DNA of 63,693 nt, the filler included, from an uncultured Gemmatimonadota bacterium (GTDB lineage: Bacteria; Blakebacterota; Blakebacteria; Blakebacterales; Blakebacteraceae): the NCBI GenBank assembly GCA_964576115.1. It is 4 parts of 4 records of this genome, joined end to end, with 100 filler letters (N's around TTAATTAATTAA, not from the genome) between each part and the next. Parts side by side here need not be neighbours in the genome. Positions count along the whole stretch, not along the records: positions 17,214 to 34,269 come from CAZNUA010000063.1; positions 34,370 to 51,173 come from CAZNUA010000064.1; 2 more parts are not named here. The stretch is one strand, 5' to 3'. The position numbers and the translations under genes were made by a program. Position 1 is the stretch's first letter. Every line of letters starts with the position of its first letter. The notes under the pieces are model-generated. The model saw nothing but the letters and a program-made list of their open reading frames with translations. It ran no database searches and was not told where the DNA came from. Positions 29,501 through 39,231 of this stretch are shown in pieces.

Positions 29501-29904
29501 GGGGCCGCCGGCCGCGCCAGGCCATCGCCGGACCGAAGGTGATGCTCATCAACTGGCGCTCGGCCTCGGATTCGGAGGTCACTCCTCAAGGCTTCCGCGA
29601 CCTGGAGCTGGGCAGTATCGTCGGCACCCCCACCTACGGGGCGGTGATCGCGACCGGTTCCTACCGGCTCCTCAACGGCGGCTCGATCCGCACTCCCGGT
29701 TCGCTGGTGGTGACCTGGGATCCGACTCAGCCCAACAACTACGGCATCAATCTCGAGAACTACGGGGTACCGCCCGATGTGTGGGTCGAAAACACCCCGC
29801 AGGACGAACTCGAGGGTTTCGACCGCGAACTCAAGGCCGCCGTGGATGAGGCCCTGCGCATGTTGCGCGAGGGCACCTGGCAGTACGAGCCGCCGCAGCG
29901 GTAG
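26584..29904 (+). CDS. Tricorn-like S41 protease
   Basis: Two PD40 propellers, GELNASH, PDZ-like segment, DIRYNGGG, SASDSE catalytic serine, ENYGVPPD. Confidence 0.95.
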   Translation: MTRTYFPSRTSSTSRLPFPTARVPARFAAVLTVMLALGLTAVWPTDAAADPIKFARYPHICQGKIAFSYHGDIWVANEDGSNPYRLTAHVAMDFYPRFSPDGQWIAFSSNRMGNFDIWIVPAAGGVPRQLTFNTTNDNICNFTPDGERILFSTSRGASPWGTPLHTVSVEGDLPVPLPMDKGASGMISPDGEMVAFNRNGFTYWRKGYRGNNNTDIWVMPVGGGDILQLTDADIRDFRSHTQDAHPMWGADGMIYFMSERDGIFNIWKIPPRGGIPVQVTNHSADGVQYPSISPDGRTIIYENEFELWTLSVPDGQPRKVTIELDFDPKYNLVEYLSTENEADGFSPSPDDDYLAVDYHGEIYIVPTDEEVGEKKQVTSSGWRDRYETWSPDGNFIAYVSDEGGDDEQIWVYEIASGVHRQVSDHESLKSRLLWSHDSTRLAWVGSNRLFVTDVERGRSREIVYNEAGGFGLDAFSPDDEWLIYARSDEKQNSDLYLYNLADERELDLTPNPWRESAGELTPDGKTFVFTSNRDGGTNHLFAVSLARLTEDPDDPLVRQRRETEQSGRGGERGATSRSGSEERSGGRTDRQARGEEAEQAEPEPEPLQVDLEGIDRRARQLTRGENGVSSFFISADGETIYFVSSDDSGRGLFSIGIDGQGRRKVTDGSFSGLTPSADRRSVYYRQGSNIYHMPLQNRQKERIDFSFTVTVDLPAEWRQVFFEAWRIMKYRFYDENMHGRDWRAIRDKYEPLLAYVGMTQDLNDVANEMIGELNASHTGVSRGSSSYEAPATYRTTLPGFEMEPAGQAYRITHIYREGPADHEWIDLNVGDYVLAIDGQAIRPPENYWTILNHTLNDYVTFTVSSSPRGSDVREVRIRTVGSVRNIQYEEWVKTRREMVEEWSGGQIAYVHIRSMNQSSLQVFENEINQYWDAKGIIVDIRYNGGGNTDQQILDILERRPYEFWNSRWGAREWGRRPRQAIAGPKVMLINWRSASDSEVTPQGFRDLELGSIVGTPTYGAVIATGSYRLLNGGSIRTPGSLVVTWDPTQPNNYGINLENYGVPPDVWVENTPQDELEGFDRELKAAVDEALRMLREGTWQYEPPQR

Positions 29905-29960
29905 AGAACAGACTGGACAGCTCGGTCATGTCAGCCCGGGTGGCAGCGATCGACCGGGGT

Positions 29961-30971
29961 TCAATACACCTCGAGGTCCAGCCCGTAGGAAACGGGCCCG
30001 TCATACAGGGCCGTGATCTCGGCCACGAGTTCTTCAGGGGTGGCCCCCCAGAGCAGCTGGTGGGTCAGAACCAGCACGCCCGGACGCACCTGCCCGGCGA
30101 TCCGGGCCAGTTCGGGGCCCGAGGTGTGCGAGGCGGCATGATAGCGCTGCCACTCCGGGGCGCGGGCCTCGAATCCCGTGTGTGAGTACACCTCGTGCAG
30201 GAGTACGTCGCATCCCCGGGCGTGCGCGATCAGGCTCTCGACCGGTACGGTGTCGCCTGAGATGACGAAAACCCGGTCGGGGGTTTCGAAGCGGAAACCG
30301 AAGGCGTGCTCCCACGCGCCGTGGCGGACGGGGAAAGCCGTCACCTGCACCAGTTCGTCGCGATAGATCACACCCGGTATGCTTCCCGGTTCGATCTCAT
30401 GCACCCGCACCCGCCAGCCGCCGGGGTTGGCGGGCTCCAATCCCTCGATCCGAACCGTGACGTCTTCGTGCCAGGCGGCCAGAATGTGCTCGGTCATGTC
30501 GGCCGTACCCGGCGGTCCCCAGACCTCGAGCGGGTGTTCGCGCCCCAGGGTCCAGGCCGTGAAGATCAGGTCGGGATACCCCAGGGTGTGATCGGAATGC
30601 AGGTGAGTCAGAAAGAGCCGGTCGAGCCGGGCCGGCTCCAGCGCCGTGACTCCTCTCTGCGCGGCGGCATTGGCCCGGCGAATCACCCCCGGACCCGCAT
30701 CCACGATATATGCGGTTGAGTCCACCACCACCGCGCAGGCCGGTCCGGCCCGGTCCGGTTCGGCGTTGGGGGTGCCGGTGCCGAGCAGGACCAGGGCGCT
30801 GCGGCCGGGCAGAGTGATCGCACTCGACGCCGGCTCGGCTGCCGGAGGTTGACCCGCCGCAGTTTCGGCGGATTTCCGGCCGACACAGGCGCAGGTCAGC
30901 AGCAGAGCAATAGTCAGCAGCAGAGCAATGGGCAGATGCAGGGTGGGGGAGCGCAAGCCGTGGGGGAACAC
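29961..30971 (-). CDS. MBL-fold metallohydrolase (RNase Z/AtsA-like), probable lipoprotein
   Basis: LLGTGTP, VDAGPG, THLHSDH, SGDT, LLHEVY, SHTS; lipobox-like LTCAC. Confidence 0.88.
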   Translation of the reverse strand: MFPHGLRSPTLHLPIALLLTIALLLTCACVGRKSAETAAGQPPAAEPASSAITLPGRSALVLLGTGTPNAEPDRAGPACAVVVDSTAYIVDAGPGVIRRANAAAQRGVTALEPARLDRLFLTHLHSDHTLGYPDLIFTAWTLGREHPLEVWGPPGTADMTEHILAAWHEDVTVRIEGLEPANPGGWRVRVHEIEPGSIPGVIYRDELVQVTAFPVRHGAWEHAFGFRFETPDRVFVISGDTVPVESLIAHARGCDVLLHEVYSHTGFEARAPEWQRYHAASHTSGPELARIAGQVRPGVLVLTHQLLWGATPEELVAEITALYDGPVSYGLDLEVY

Positions 30972-31089
30972 GTTTCATCATCCTTCCGGGTTCGGGTCGT
31001 AGCAGGACCGGTCCAGGCCGGCTCTCCGAACGCTTCTCCTATCTTCGACGTCGGGACCGGCGAGTGCAAGGGCGGTTCACGATTCCTCC

Positions 31090-31190
31090 CTATTACATCC
31101 ATATGATTTTATAAATATCATATTAATAGTATTAAGCTCTATATAGTCGTTATAATACTTTATAACATTATCGAATTGGATTTCATGGAT
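31090..31190. promoter_or_regulatory. Very AT-rich divergent promoter region with several inverted repeats
   Basis: ATATGAT-N9-ATCATAT (31101-31123), TTAATA-G-TATTAA (31123-31135), GTTATAA-N4-TTATAAC (31149-31166). Confidence 0.5.
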
Positions 31191-31414
31191 GCGATCAGAG
31201 CCGGGATTGACTATTTTAGGGGTGCGGCCGATTCGATCCCGCTCGCCTGAGGTCAGTGCGAAACGCCGCAAACCCACGGCCTCCGATCGGGATCACGCCG
31301 CTTCGCTGGATGTCTTTCCGTCACGTATCGACGGTATCTGACAGCGTTTTCTCACGGAGGAGTCTCCGGGCTCTTCTCGTGGCTCGTTCTTTTTCTGTGG
31401 TAAAGGAGGCGCCG

Positions 31415-32827
31415 GTGAAGGTCAGACCCTCGATCCCCCGCGAGAAATATCGTGCTGTGAGGCGGCAGGACCTGTCCGATCTGCCTCAATTCCGCCACTT
31501 GAGCCGCGAAGATCGGATCGCGATGCTGGCGGTTTCAGCTGTCCTGCCCTTCCGCACGAACTACTACGTGATCGAGGAACTGATTAACTGGGACGACATT
31601 CCCGACGATCCGATCTATCAGTTGACCTTCCCGCAACGCGGGATGCTCGACCCCGATGATTTCCGGCGTATGGCCGATCTGGTGACCAGGCAGGCCGATC
31701 CCAAGCAGATCAAGGCCGCAGCCCGGGATATCGTCTACCGTATGAATCCCCATCCCGCCGGACAGCGGCAGCACAACGTGCCCTCATATCAGGGTGAATC
31801 GATCCCGGGGATGCAGCACAAGTACGGCGATACCGTCCTCTACTTCCCTTCCCAGGGGCAGACCTGTCACGCCTACTGCACCTACTGCTTCCGGTGGGCA
31901 CAGTTCATCGGGATCGAAGAGCTCAAGTTCCGCAGTAACGAAACCGATCTGCTCCACGCCTACCTGCGCGAGCATACCGAAGCCAGCGATATCCTCTTCA
32001 CCGGCGGTGATCCGATGACCATGCGGACCCGTCTGCTGCGCAACTACATCGAACCCCTGCTCGAACCCGGATTCGAGCACATTCGCCAGATCCGCATCGG
32101 TACCAAGGCAGTGGCTTACTGGCCGCACCGCTTCGTTTCCGATGCCGACGCCGACGACTTTCTGCGGCTGCTCGAGGAGATCCGGGCCGCCGGCAAACTG
32201 CCGGCCATCATGGCTCACTACTCCCATCCGGTCGAACTCTCGACCCGGATCAGCCGCGAAGCGGTCCGGCGAATACAGGATGCCGGCGGGGTGCTGCGCA
32301 GTCAGAGCCCGCTGGTGCGTCACGTCAACGATTCCTCCTCGATCTGGCACGGGCTCTGGAAGACCCAGATCGCCCTGGGCATTATCCCTTATTACATGTT
32401 CGTGGAACGCGACACCGGTCCGAAGGAATATTTCGAGGTGCCGCTGGCCCGCGCGCTGCGCATCTACAAGCGTGCCTACCGCCGCCTGAGCGGTCTGGCC
32501 CGCACGGTGCGCGGCCCGGTGATGAGCGCCATGCCGGGCAAGGTACTCTTGACCGGCACGGCCGATATCCACGGCGAGAAGGTCTTTGTGCTGCATTTGC
32601 TCAGAGGCCGCAAGCCGGAGTGGGAGAGACGTCCCTTCTTCGCTCACTACGACGATGAAGCTACCTGGTTGACCGATCTCGAGCCCGCTCTGGGTGAACG
32701 CGAGTTTTTCTTCGAGCCCGATCTCAGGGAGCTCATCCGTACCTCCAGCCGCCGTCCCCGCCCCAGGGGTGAAAAGCCCCTGTTCGCCGATCACCCCGAC
32801 CGGCTGGAGTTGCATCGCGAACTCTGA
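31415..32827 (+). CDS. KamA-family (lysine 2,3-aminomutase-like) radical SAM protein
   Basis: HKYGDTVL, CHAYCTYCFRW (CxxxCxxC), LFTGGDP, IRIGTK, IPYYMF, GPVMSAMPGK; AAGGAGG SD before GTG 31415. Confidence 0.9.
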   Translation: MKVRPSIPREKYRAVRRQDLSDLPQFRHLSREDRIAMLAVSAVLPFRTNYYVIEELINWDDIPDDPIYQLTFPQRGMLDPDDFRRMADLVTRQADPKQIKAAARDIVYRMNPHPAGQRQHNVPSYQGESIPGMQHKYGDTVLYFPSQGQTCHAYCTYCFRWAQFIGIEELKFRSNETDLLHAYLREHTEASDILFTGGDPMTMRTRLLRNYIEPLLEPGFEHIRQIRIGTKAVAYWPHRFVSDADADDFLRLLEEIRAAGKLPAIMAHYSHPVELSTRISREAVRRIQDAGGVLRSQSPLVRHVNDSSSIWHGLWKTQIALGIIPYYMFVERDTGPKEYFEVPLARALRIYKRAYRRLSGLARTVRGPVMSAMPGKVLLTGTADIHGEKVFVLHLLRGRKPEWERRPFFAHYDDEATWLTDLEPALGEREFFFEPDLRELIRTSSRRPRPRGEKPLFADHPDRLELHREL

Positions 32828-32910
32828 GCCCGATAGAATCCTCAGCACGAGACATGTGAGACATGCGAGCCCCGGACCAAAGCCTGGCCGGCCCGGGTGA
32901 GAGGATTCCC

Positions 32911-34260
32911 ATGAGCGTATTCAGCCGTAAGAAGGGTGAAGAACCGGACACCGGGCCCGATCCCGGGACCGGTGCGAAAACAGAAGTCGAATCCAAAGCC
33001 GGATCCGATATCGGGCCGGGAGCCAGTCCCGAACATATCGCCATCCTCAACCGGGTGCTGACTGCCACCCGCGGTCCCTATGAAGTGCAGGAGCTCCTCG
33101 AACTGCTGGTCACCGAAATTGTCGATGCGGTTGGAGCTCGCTGGGGTACCATCAAGCTCAAGGCCGAAGAGGGGGATGTGGTTCATACCATGATCCGCCG
33201 CTCCGGTATCCGGGCGGGTACGGTGCCGCGCACGATCGAAAACACCGCTTTCTTCCTCGTCATGGGCAGCGGCGAAACCCTGCAGGTGGACGATCTGACC
33301 GGTGACACCCGCTTTCCTCCCGACGTGAGCAAGGACGAGCGGGTGGGGAGTCTGCTGGCAGTGCCGATCGACTACCGGGGCGAAAAGATCGGTGTGCTGA
33401 TCCTGGTCGGTTCCGATGATCGTTCCTTCACGGATGATGACAACACCCTGGCCGGCCTGCTGGCTTCAGAAGCCGGCTCCCTGATCGAAAACGCCCGTCT
33501 GCTCGAAGAAGCCATGGAGCGCCGGGCAATGGAGAAAGAGCGCCAGTTGGCCGAAGAGGTCTGGCGCAAGTTCCTGCCGTCCGAAATTCCCGCCGTTGAG
33601 GGTTTCGAGATCGCTGCCTGCTGCACCCCGGCCAGCCGGATCGGGGGCGACTACTACGATGTGATCAGTCTGCCCGACGGTCGCACGCTGGTGACCCTGG
33701 GCGATGTCTCCGGTTCGGGTATGCCGGCCGCCCTGCTGATGAGCAACCTGCAGGCGGCTTTACGCATGAGCGTGGCTGCCGATGGCGATCCGGCGCAGAT
33801 CGTGGCTCAGATCAACCAGCACATCTGCTCCACCACCGACACCTCGCGCTTTGCCACGCTGTTTCTGGGGATCGTGGATCCGGGCAGCCGTACTCTCTCC
33901 TGGGTCAACGCCGGGCACAATCCCCCCTTCCTGTTCCACGACTCGGGCAGTTGCGAAGAACTCGAGGCCACCGGCATCCCGGTCGGCTTCGTGGCTGATG
34001 CCGTCTATGAATCGTCCACCACCACCCTTGCTCCCGGTGACCGGCTCATGGTCCTGAGTGACGGCATCACCGAGGCCTTCAACGCTTCCGAAGAGATGTT
34101 CGGCGACGACCGGGTCAAGGATCTGGTCGGTTCGAAGGGATCGATCGCTTCCGATGATCTGGTCAAGGAGATCCTGGGAGCGGTGGATGAGTGGTGTACC
34201 GGTTCCACAGCCTATACCGACGACCGCACGATCGTCATCCTGCAGTGCTGCGGGGAGTGA
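32911..34260 (+). CDS. GAF + SpoIIE/PP2C (RsbU-like) Ser phosphatase
   Basis: GAF (SLLAVPI...IGVL...FTDDD); IGGDYYD, GDVSGSG, NAGHNPP, SDGITE, DDRTIV. Confidence 0.93.
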   Translation: MSVFSRKKGEEPDTGPDPGTGAKTEVESKAGSDIGPGASPEHIAILNRVLTATRGPYEVQELLELLVTEIVDAVGARWGTIKLKAEEGDVVHTMIRRSGIRAGTVPRTIENTAFFLVMGSGETLQVDDLTGDTRFPPDVSKDERVGSLLAVPIDYRGEKIGVLILVGSDDRSFTDDDNTLAGLLASEAGSLIENARLLEEAMERRAMEKERQLAEEVWRKFLPSEIPAVEGFEIAACCTPASRIGGDYYDVISLPDGRTLVTLGDVSGSGMPAALLMSNLQAALRMSVAADGDPAQIVAQINQHICSTTDTSRFATLFLGIVDPGSRTLSWVNAGHNPPFLFHDSGSCEELEATGIPVGFVADAVYESSTTTLAPGDRLMVLSDGITEAFNASEEMFGDDRVKDLVGSKGSIASDDLVKEILGAVDEWCTGSTAYTDDRTIVILQCCGE

Positions 34261-34269
34261 ACCCCGGCT

Positions 34270-34369
34270 NNNNNNNNNNNNNNNNNNNNNNNNNNNNNNN
34301 NNNNNNNNNNNNNTTAATTAATTAANNNNNNNNNNNNNNNNNNNNNNNNNNNNNNNNNNNNNNNNNNNN
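34270..34369. other. Artificial contig linker
   Basis: 44 N + TTAATTAATTAA + 44 N. Confidence 0.99.
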
Positions 34370-36405
34370 AGTGCCGTGAGGAACCGCTGCGTATCTTCGC
34401 CGTCGGGCCGGCCGGCGATGACGATCTCGTGCGCGGGTCCGAGATATTCGTCGAGCGCCGAGAGCAGAGCGGTGTGACCGGCCGGGGCCGAGTGCAGCTC
34501 GCTCGAAAAGGCTCCGATCGTCCGAACCGCGATCTCTTCGAATCCGGTCTGTCCGGTCAGCCGTCCCAACCGCAGCAGCGCCAGGGCGGCGAGGGCATTC
34601 CCCGAGGGCAGGGCGCCGTCATAGCTTTCCTTGCGGCGCACGAGCAGGTCGTCGGCGTCGACCGGGGCGAAAAAGAAACCTCCCCCTGCGGGATCGTGGA
34701 AGAGTGCGATCGTCTCCTCGGCCAGTTCGAGCGCCCACTGCAGATACTCCACCGCGAAGGTCGAGGCATACAGCTCGAGCAGACCGAAGAGCATGAAAGC
34801 ATAATCGTCCAGATGGGCCCGCAGACCGGCGGTGCCTCGCCAGCGCTTGAGCAGGCGCCCCTCGGTGGTACGCAGGTTGTCCCGGACGAACGCCGCCGCG
34901 CGGGCCGCGGCTGCGGTCAGTTCCCCGTTTCCGAGAACCCGTCCGCCCCGGGCCAGAGCGGCGATCATGAGTCCGTTCCAGTCGGTCAGGATCTTGGTGT
35001 CGCGCAGGGGCCTCACCCTTTCGGAGCGGACCGCCAGCAGCCGGGCGCGCGCTCCGGCCAGCTCGGTTGCAATCTCGACTTCGCTCCTGCCCCGTTCCGC
35101 GGCCAGCGCCGCGAGCGCTCGGCGCAGATGCAGGATATTGCTCCCGGTCGGCAGTCCGGTGGCCTCTTCACGCCAGTTGCCTCTCTCTTCGATCCCGTAG
35201 GCGTCGTGGAAAAGGCCGGCACCGTCACCGAGCACGGCTTCGATCTCCTGCGCCGACCAGACGTAGAAGCGTCCTTCCTCGCCCTCGCTGTCGGCATCCT
35301 CGGCCGAATAGAAGCCGCCTTCGGGAGCCCAGAGATCGCGTCGGACATAGGTGAAGATATCCCGGGCGAGATCGGCGTAGAGATCGTTGCCGGTGGCCAG
35401 GAAGGTGTCGAGTGCGGCCAGGGCGATAAGAGCCTGATCATAGAGCATCTTCTCGAAGTGCGGCACCAGCCAGATGCGATCGGTCGAGTAACGGTGGAAA
35501 CCGCCGCCGACATGATCGTGGATCCCCCCGGCGTGCATCCGCTCCAGGGTCCTCTCGACCATATCGAGAGCCTCGGGGGTTGCGGTCCGGGACCAATACC
35601 GGAGCAGAAAGGTGAGGGTATGGGGCGTGGGGAACTTCGGCTCGGCACCGAAGCCGCCCGCGGCGGGGTCGAAACGGGCCGCCAGCTGCCGGTACGTTTC
35701 TTCAAACAACTCCTCACCCGACTCCGCCGCGCCGGCATCGCCCACCGGGCCGGAACCGGGGCCGACAACCCCGATCCCCGGTTTGTCATCGCTCCGGCTC
35801 CCGCTCTCGAGCCAGGAAACGATCCTGGCGGCCGATTCCTCTACCTCCGCGCGCCGCTGACGCCAGGCCACGGCCAGCTGCGGAAGCAGATCGAGCATTC
35901 CCGTCCGCCCGTGGCGTGTGGTTCGGGGGAAGTACGTGCCGGCGAAAAAGGGCCGCCGGTCGGGGGTCAGGACGACCGTCATCGGCCACCCCCCGCTCCC
36001 GGTCAACCCCTGGGTCACGGCCATGTAGAGATGGTCGAGATCGGGGCGCTCCTCGCGGTCCACCTTCACGGCCACAAAGGCCTCGTTGAGCAGCCGGGCG
36101 ACCGCGGCATCTTCGAAGGATTCGTGCTCCATGACGTGGCACCAGTGGCAGGTGGCGTAGCCGATCGAGAGAAAGATCGGCCGGTCGAGCTCGCGGGCCC
36201 GTTCGAAAGCCGCCTCCCCCCAGGGATACCAGTCGACCGGATTGGCGGCGTGCTGCAGCAGGTAGGGACTGGCTTCGAAAACGAGCCGGTTGTAGTTCTC
36301 CCCGCCGTCAGCGGGCAGGGCGGCGATGTCGGCCGGGGTCAGTTCCAGCGGCGGCTTCACATCCTCGCCCCCGGACGGCACCGTCATGTCACGGTCTGGC
36401 ACCAT
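34370..36405 (-). CDS. YyaL/SSP411 (DUF255) thioredoxin-domain protein, 3'-truncated by contig end
   Basis: NRL...[60 protein letters not shown]. Confidence 0.93.
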
Positions 36406-36459
36406 TCTTCCGCCTCCCCTCAACAGATCCGTGATTCCCGCCGGCCGGGTGAGCCGCGC

Positions 36460-37875
36460 TCAGCGCCGGACGAGCAGACTGACGCTTTCGACGTGCGGAG
36501 TATGAGGGAACATGTCGAGGGGAATGACAGTGCGCAACTCATAGCGATCGGAGCAGAGTTCCTTCAGATCCGAAGCCAGAGTGGTGGGATTGCACGAAAT
36601 ATAGACCAGCCGGGGGGCGGCCCGTTCGACCAGGACGCTGCGGACCTCGGGATGCAGTCCGGCCCGTGGAGGATCGACGATGATCACCGCGGGTTCGCCG
36701 GCGAGCTCGCCGGAACGCAGAAGCCCGACGGCATTGCCCGCGACGAATTCCACGTTTTGCACCTCGTTGCGTTCGGTATTGATCCGAGCGTCGGCCACCG
36801 CCTGCGGTTCGATCTCGAGTCCCACCACCCGGCCGGCCCTGCGGGCGGCCAACAGGGCGATGGTCCCGGTGCCCGAGTAGAGGTCCCAGACCAGATCCTG
36901 TGCGCCGATGTCCGCCAGATCGAGAGCGACCGCATAGAGATCCTCGGCCCCCTCGGTGTTGGTCTGGAAAAACGAGCGGGGCGAAAGGCGGAAGCGCAGA
37001 TCGCCGATTTCCTCTTCGATGTACCCGGGCCCGTGCACGACCCGCAGGCTCTGACCGGTGGCCACGGCAGCCCGGCCGCTGTTGACGGTGTGGGTCACGG
37101 TGGTCAGTTCGGGGAAAGCGGCCACCAGCCCGCGTGCCAGTTCCGTCACCGCCCTCTCGCCCCGCTCGTCTCCGGCTGTAATCAGATCCGCCATCCACTG
37201 TCCCGTACGCCGACCTTCCCGGACAGTGAGAAAGCGCCAGAAGCCGGTATGGGTCCGGGTGGTGTAAGCGGGCAGGCCCGAAGCCCGGGCGGTCTCGCGC
37301 ACATGGGTCATGATGGCTGCCGAGAGCGGCGGAGCCAGGTGGCATTCGGTGAGCTGAATGGTGCGATACCACTGCCCACGCGGGTGCAGGCCGAGGGTGA
37401 AATCGCGATCGGGGGCCGACTCGGGATCGGCCATCTCGTCGGGCGAGAGCCAGCGGGCATCCCCGAAGGAGTACTCCATCTTGTTCCGGTAGCCCCAGGG
37501 GTGCGGGCTGGGACGAGCCGCTTCGACCGGGGGCAAGGTAAAGTGGCCGATCCGGGTCAGCGCGTCGGCCACCTGCTCGCCTTTGATCCGGACCTGGACC
37601 TCATAATCCAGATGCTGCAGGCGGCACCCCCCGCAGGGGCCGAAATGGACACAGCGGGACTCGACCTGATCGGGTGAGGGACGCACGACCTTTTCGATCC
37701 GGGCTTCGGCATAGCGGGACTTGATCTTATAGATGTAGGCTTCGACCCGTTGCCCCGGCAGGGCATCCTCGACGAAGACCACGAACCCGCCGGCGGTGCG
37801 GCCCACTCCCCGGCCGCCGAAAGCCAGCCGTTCGATCTCGAGTTCGAGGATCTCTTTTTTCTTCACCTCCGCCAT
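36460..37875 (-). CDS. rlmD: 23S rRNA (uracil-1939-C5)-methyltransferase
   Basis: TRAM domain, CVHFGPCGGC, YRNKMEY, SFFQTN, DLYSGTG, VDPPRAG, YISCNP, DMFPHTPHVE. Confidence 0.93.
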   Translation of the reverse strand: MAEVKKKEILELEIERLAFGGRGVGRTAGGFVVFVEDALPGQRVEAYIYKIKSRYAEARIEKVVRPSPDQVESRCVHFGPCGGCRLQHLDYEVQVRIKGEQVADALTRIGHFTLPPVEAARPSPHPWGYRNKMEYSFGDARWLSPDEMADPESAPDRDFTLGLHPRGQWYRTIQLTECHLAPPLSAAIMTHVRETARASGLPAYTTRTHTGFWRFLTVREGRRTGQWMADLITAGDERGERAVTELARGLVAAFPELTTVTHTVNSGRAAVATGQSLRVVHGPGYIEEEIGDLRFRLSPRSFFQTNTEGAEDLYAVALDLADIGAQDLVWDLYSGTGTIALLAARRAGRVVGLEIEPQAVADARINTERNEVQNVEFVAGNAVGLLRSGELAGEPAVIIVDPPRAGLHPEVRSVLVERAAPRLVYISCNPTTLASDLKELCSDRYELRTVIPLDMFPHTPHVESVSLLVRR

Positions 37876-37993
37876 GCCGGGAAGAGAACCACTCCGGTTC
37901 ACCGCTCGCAAGCCGGAATGGACCGGAACCCCTGCCCGGTCAGGGAGTCAGATGAAAGGTCATCCGAACCGGTGGGAAGGAGCTCTGAATGAA

Positions 37994-39199
37994 ATGCCCG
38001 TCTTGAACCTGAGAAGGTGTGTGGCAATCGTGTTCGTCACCGCCATCCACCCGGTCATTTCCCTGCCCACGTCGGCTCTGCAGGCTCAGCCGGACGTGCC
38101 CGTCATCGAGAACGGCCTGCGGGGTTCGCTGCGCCGGGGCCCCGAACTCGTTTGTGAGGCCGTGGCCGGACAGGATGGCTCCGAAGAGAGCCTGCTCTAC
38201 CGCCCGGTCGACCTCTTCACCGGCCCCGACGACAAGCTCTACATCGTGGACACGGGCACCCGCGCCGTGCACGTCTACGCTCCCGACGGCTCTTTCGTAC
38301 GCCGGATCGGCTCTGAGGGGGAAGGCCCGGGAGAGTTCAGGATGCCGAATGCGGGCTACTTCGCCCGGGATTCCCTGCTCGTCGTTCTCGATCCCGGCAA
38401 TCAGCGCCGCTCCTTTCTCACCCCCGACGGGGAGTACCTGCGCAGCGAAACGATCGCCCCGGGAGTGATGACCGGGGCGCCGGTCCGGATGGCCGACGGT
38501 CTCCAGGCGCGTGTCGGAGCCGGTGGACGGTTCGTGATCCGCCGCTCTCCCGACGGTCGCCTGAACGCCCTCACGCCCGGAGCCGGCGAGGATCCCGCCC
38601 TGATCGAGGTGGTCGACGAGTCGGGTGACATCCTGGTTCGGGCGGGCGAACCGAAGACCCACGAGAATGATCTGATCGCCATGATCCTGAACCGTTTCGC
38701 CCTGGCCTGGCACCCCGACGGGTACCTCGTGGCCGGATTCGAGAATCTCAACGAGATCCATGTCTACGATGCGGGAGAGGGAGTCCTGGAACGCATCATC
38801 ACCCGCCGGCTCGGCTTCACCCCCAAAGAACCGGAGATGACCACCCGGGTCGAGAATCTGCCCGATGCCCGCGGCCAGGGCACGATAGAACGCGTCATGG
38901 CTCGGCCCGATGTCGATCCGATCACAATCGATCTGGCTATTGATGCAGCCGGCCGTATCTGGGCTCTCACCCGGCTGACGACCCGGCGCGAGGCCGAGGA
39001 GAAAGAGGCCGAAGGGGATTACTCCGGACTGATCCGGCTCGAAGTCTACGCCCTGGGGGGGGAACTGCTCTCCGCCATCGAGCTCGACACGTCTCCGACC
39101 CTGATGACCTTCGATTCCCGGGGCGATCTCTGGCTGCTCGACGCGCGCTCGGAACTTGCCGCCTTCCGCTACCGGATCGTCTGGACAGAAGCTCATTGA
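37994..39199 (+). CDS. Secreted 6-bladed beta-propeller (NHL-like) protein
   Basis: Signal-like N-terminus; DKLYIVDTG, IGSEGEGPGEF, IDAAGRIW. Confidence 0.75.
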   Translation: MPVLNLRRCVAIVFVTAIHPVISLPTSALQAQPDVPVIENGLRGSLRRGPELVCEAVAGQDGSEESLLYRPVDLFTGPDDKLYIVDTGTRAVHVYAPDGSFVRRIGSEGEGPGEFRMPNAGYFARDSLLVVLDPGNQRRSFLTPDGEYLRSETIAPGVMTGAPVRMADGLQARVGAGGRFVIRRSPDGRLNALTPGAGEDPALIEVVDESGDILVRAGEPKTHENDLIAMILNRFALAWHPDGYLVAGFENLNEIHVYDAGEGVLERIITRRLGFTPKEPEMTTRVENLPDARGQGTIERVMARPDVDPITIDLAIDAAGRIWALTRLTTRREAEEKEAEGDYSGLIRLEVYALGGELLSAIELDTSPTLMTFDSRGDLWLLDARSELAAFRYRIVWTEAH

Positions 39200-39231
39200 C
39201 CCGGCCGGGGTCAGACCGCTTACATCCCGGC

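Noticed and set aside
31235-31310. c-di-GMP-I riboswitch or hammerhead (CGCAAACCCACGGCCT; CTGAGG...GAAAC)
   Set aside because: Lacks the 5' GGCAAACC/P2 stem of the riboswitch and the CUGANGA core of hammerheads; only superficial similarity
34429-37677. 1082-aa plus-strand ORF
   Set aside because: Antisense shadow of the YyaL-like gene and rlmD
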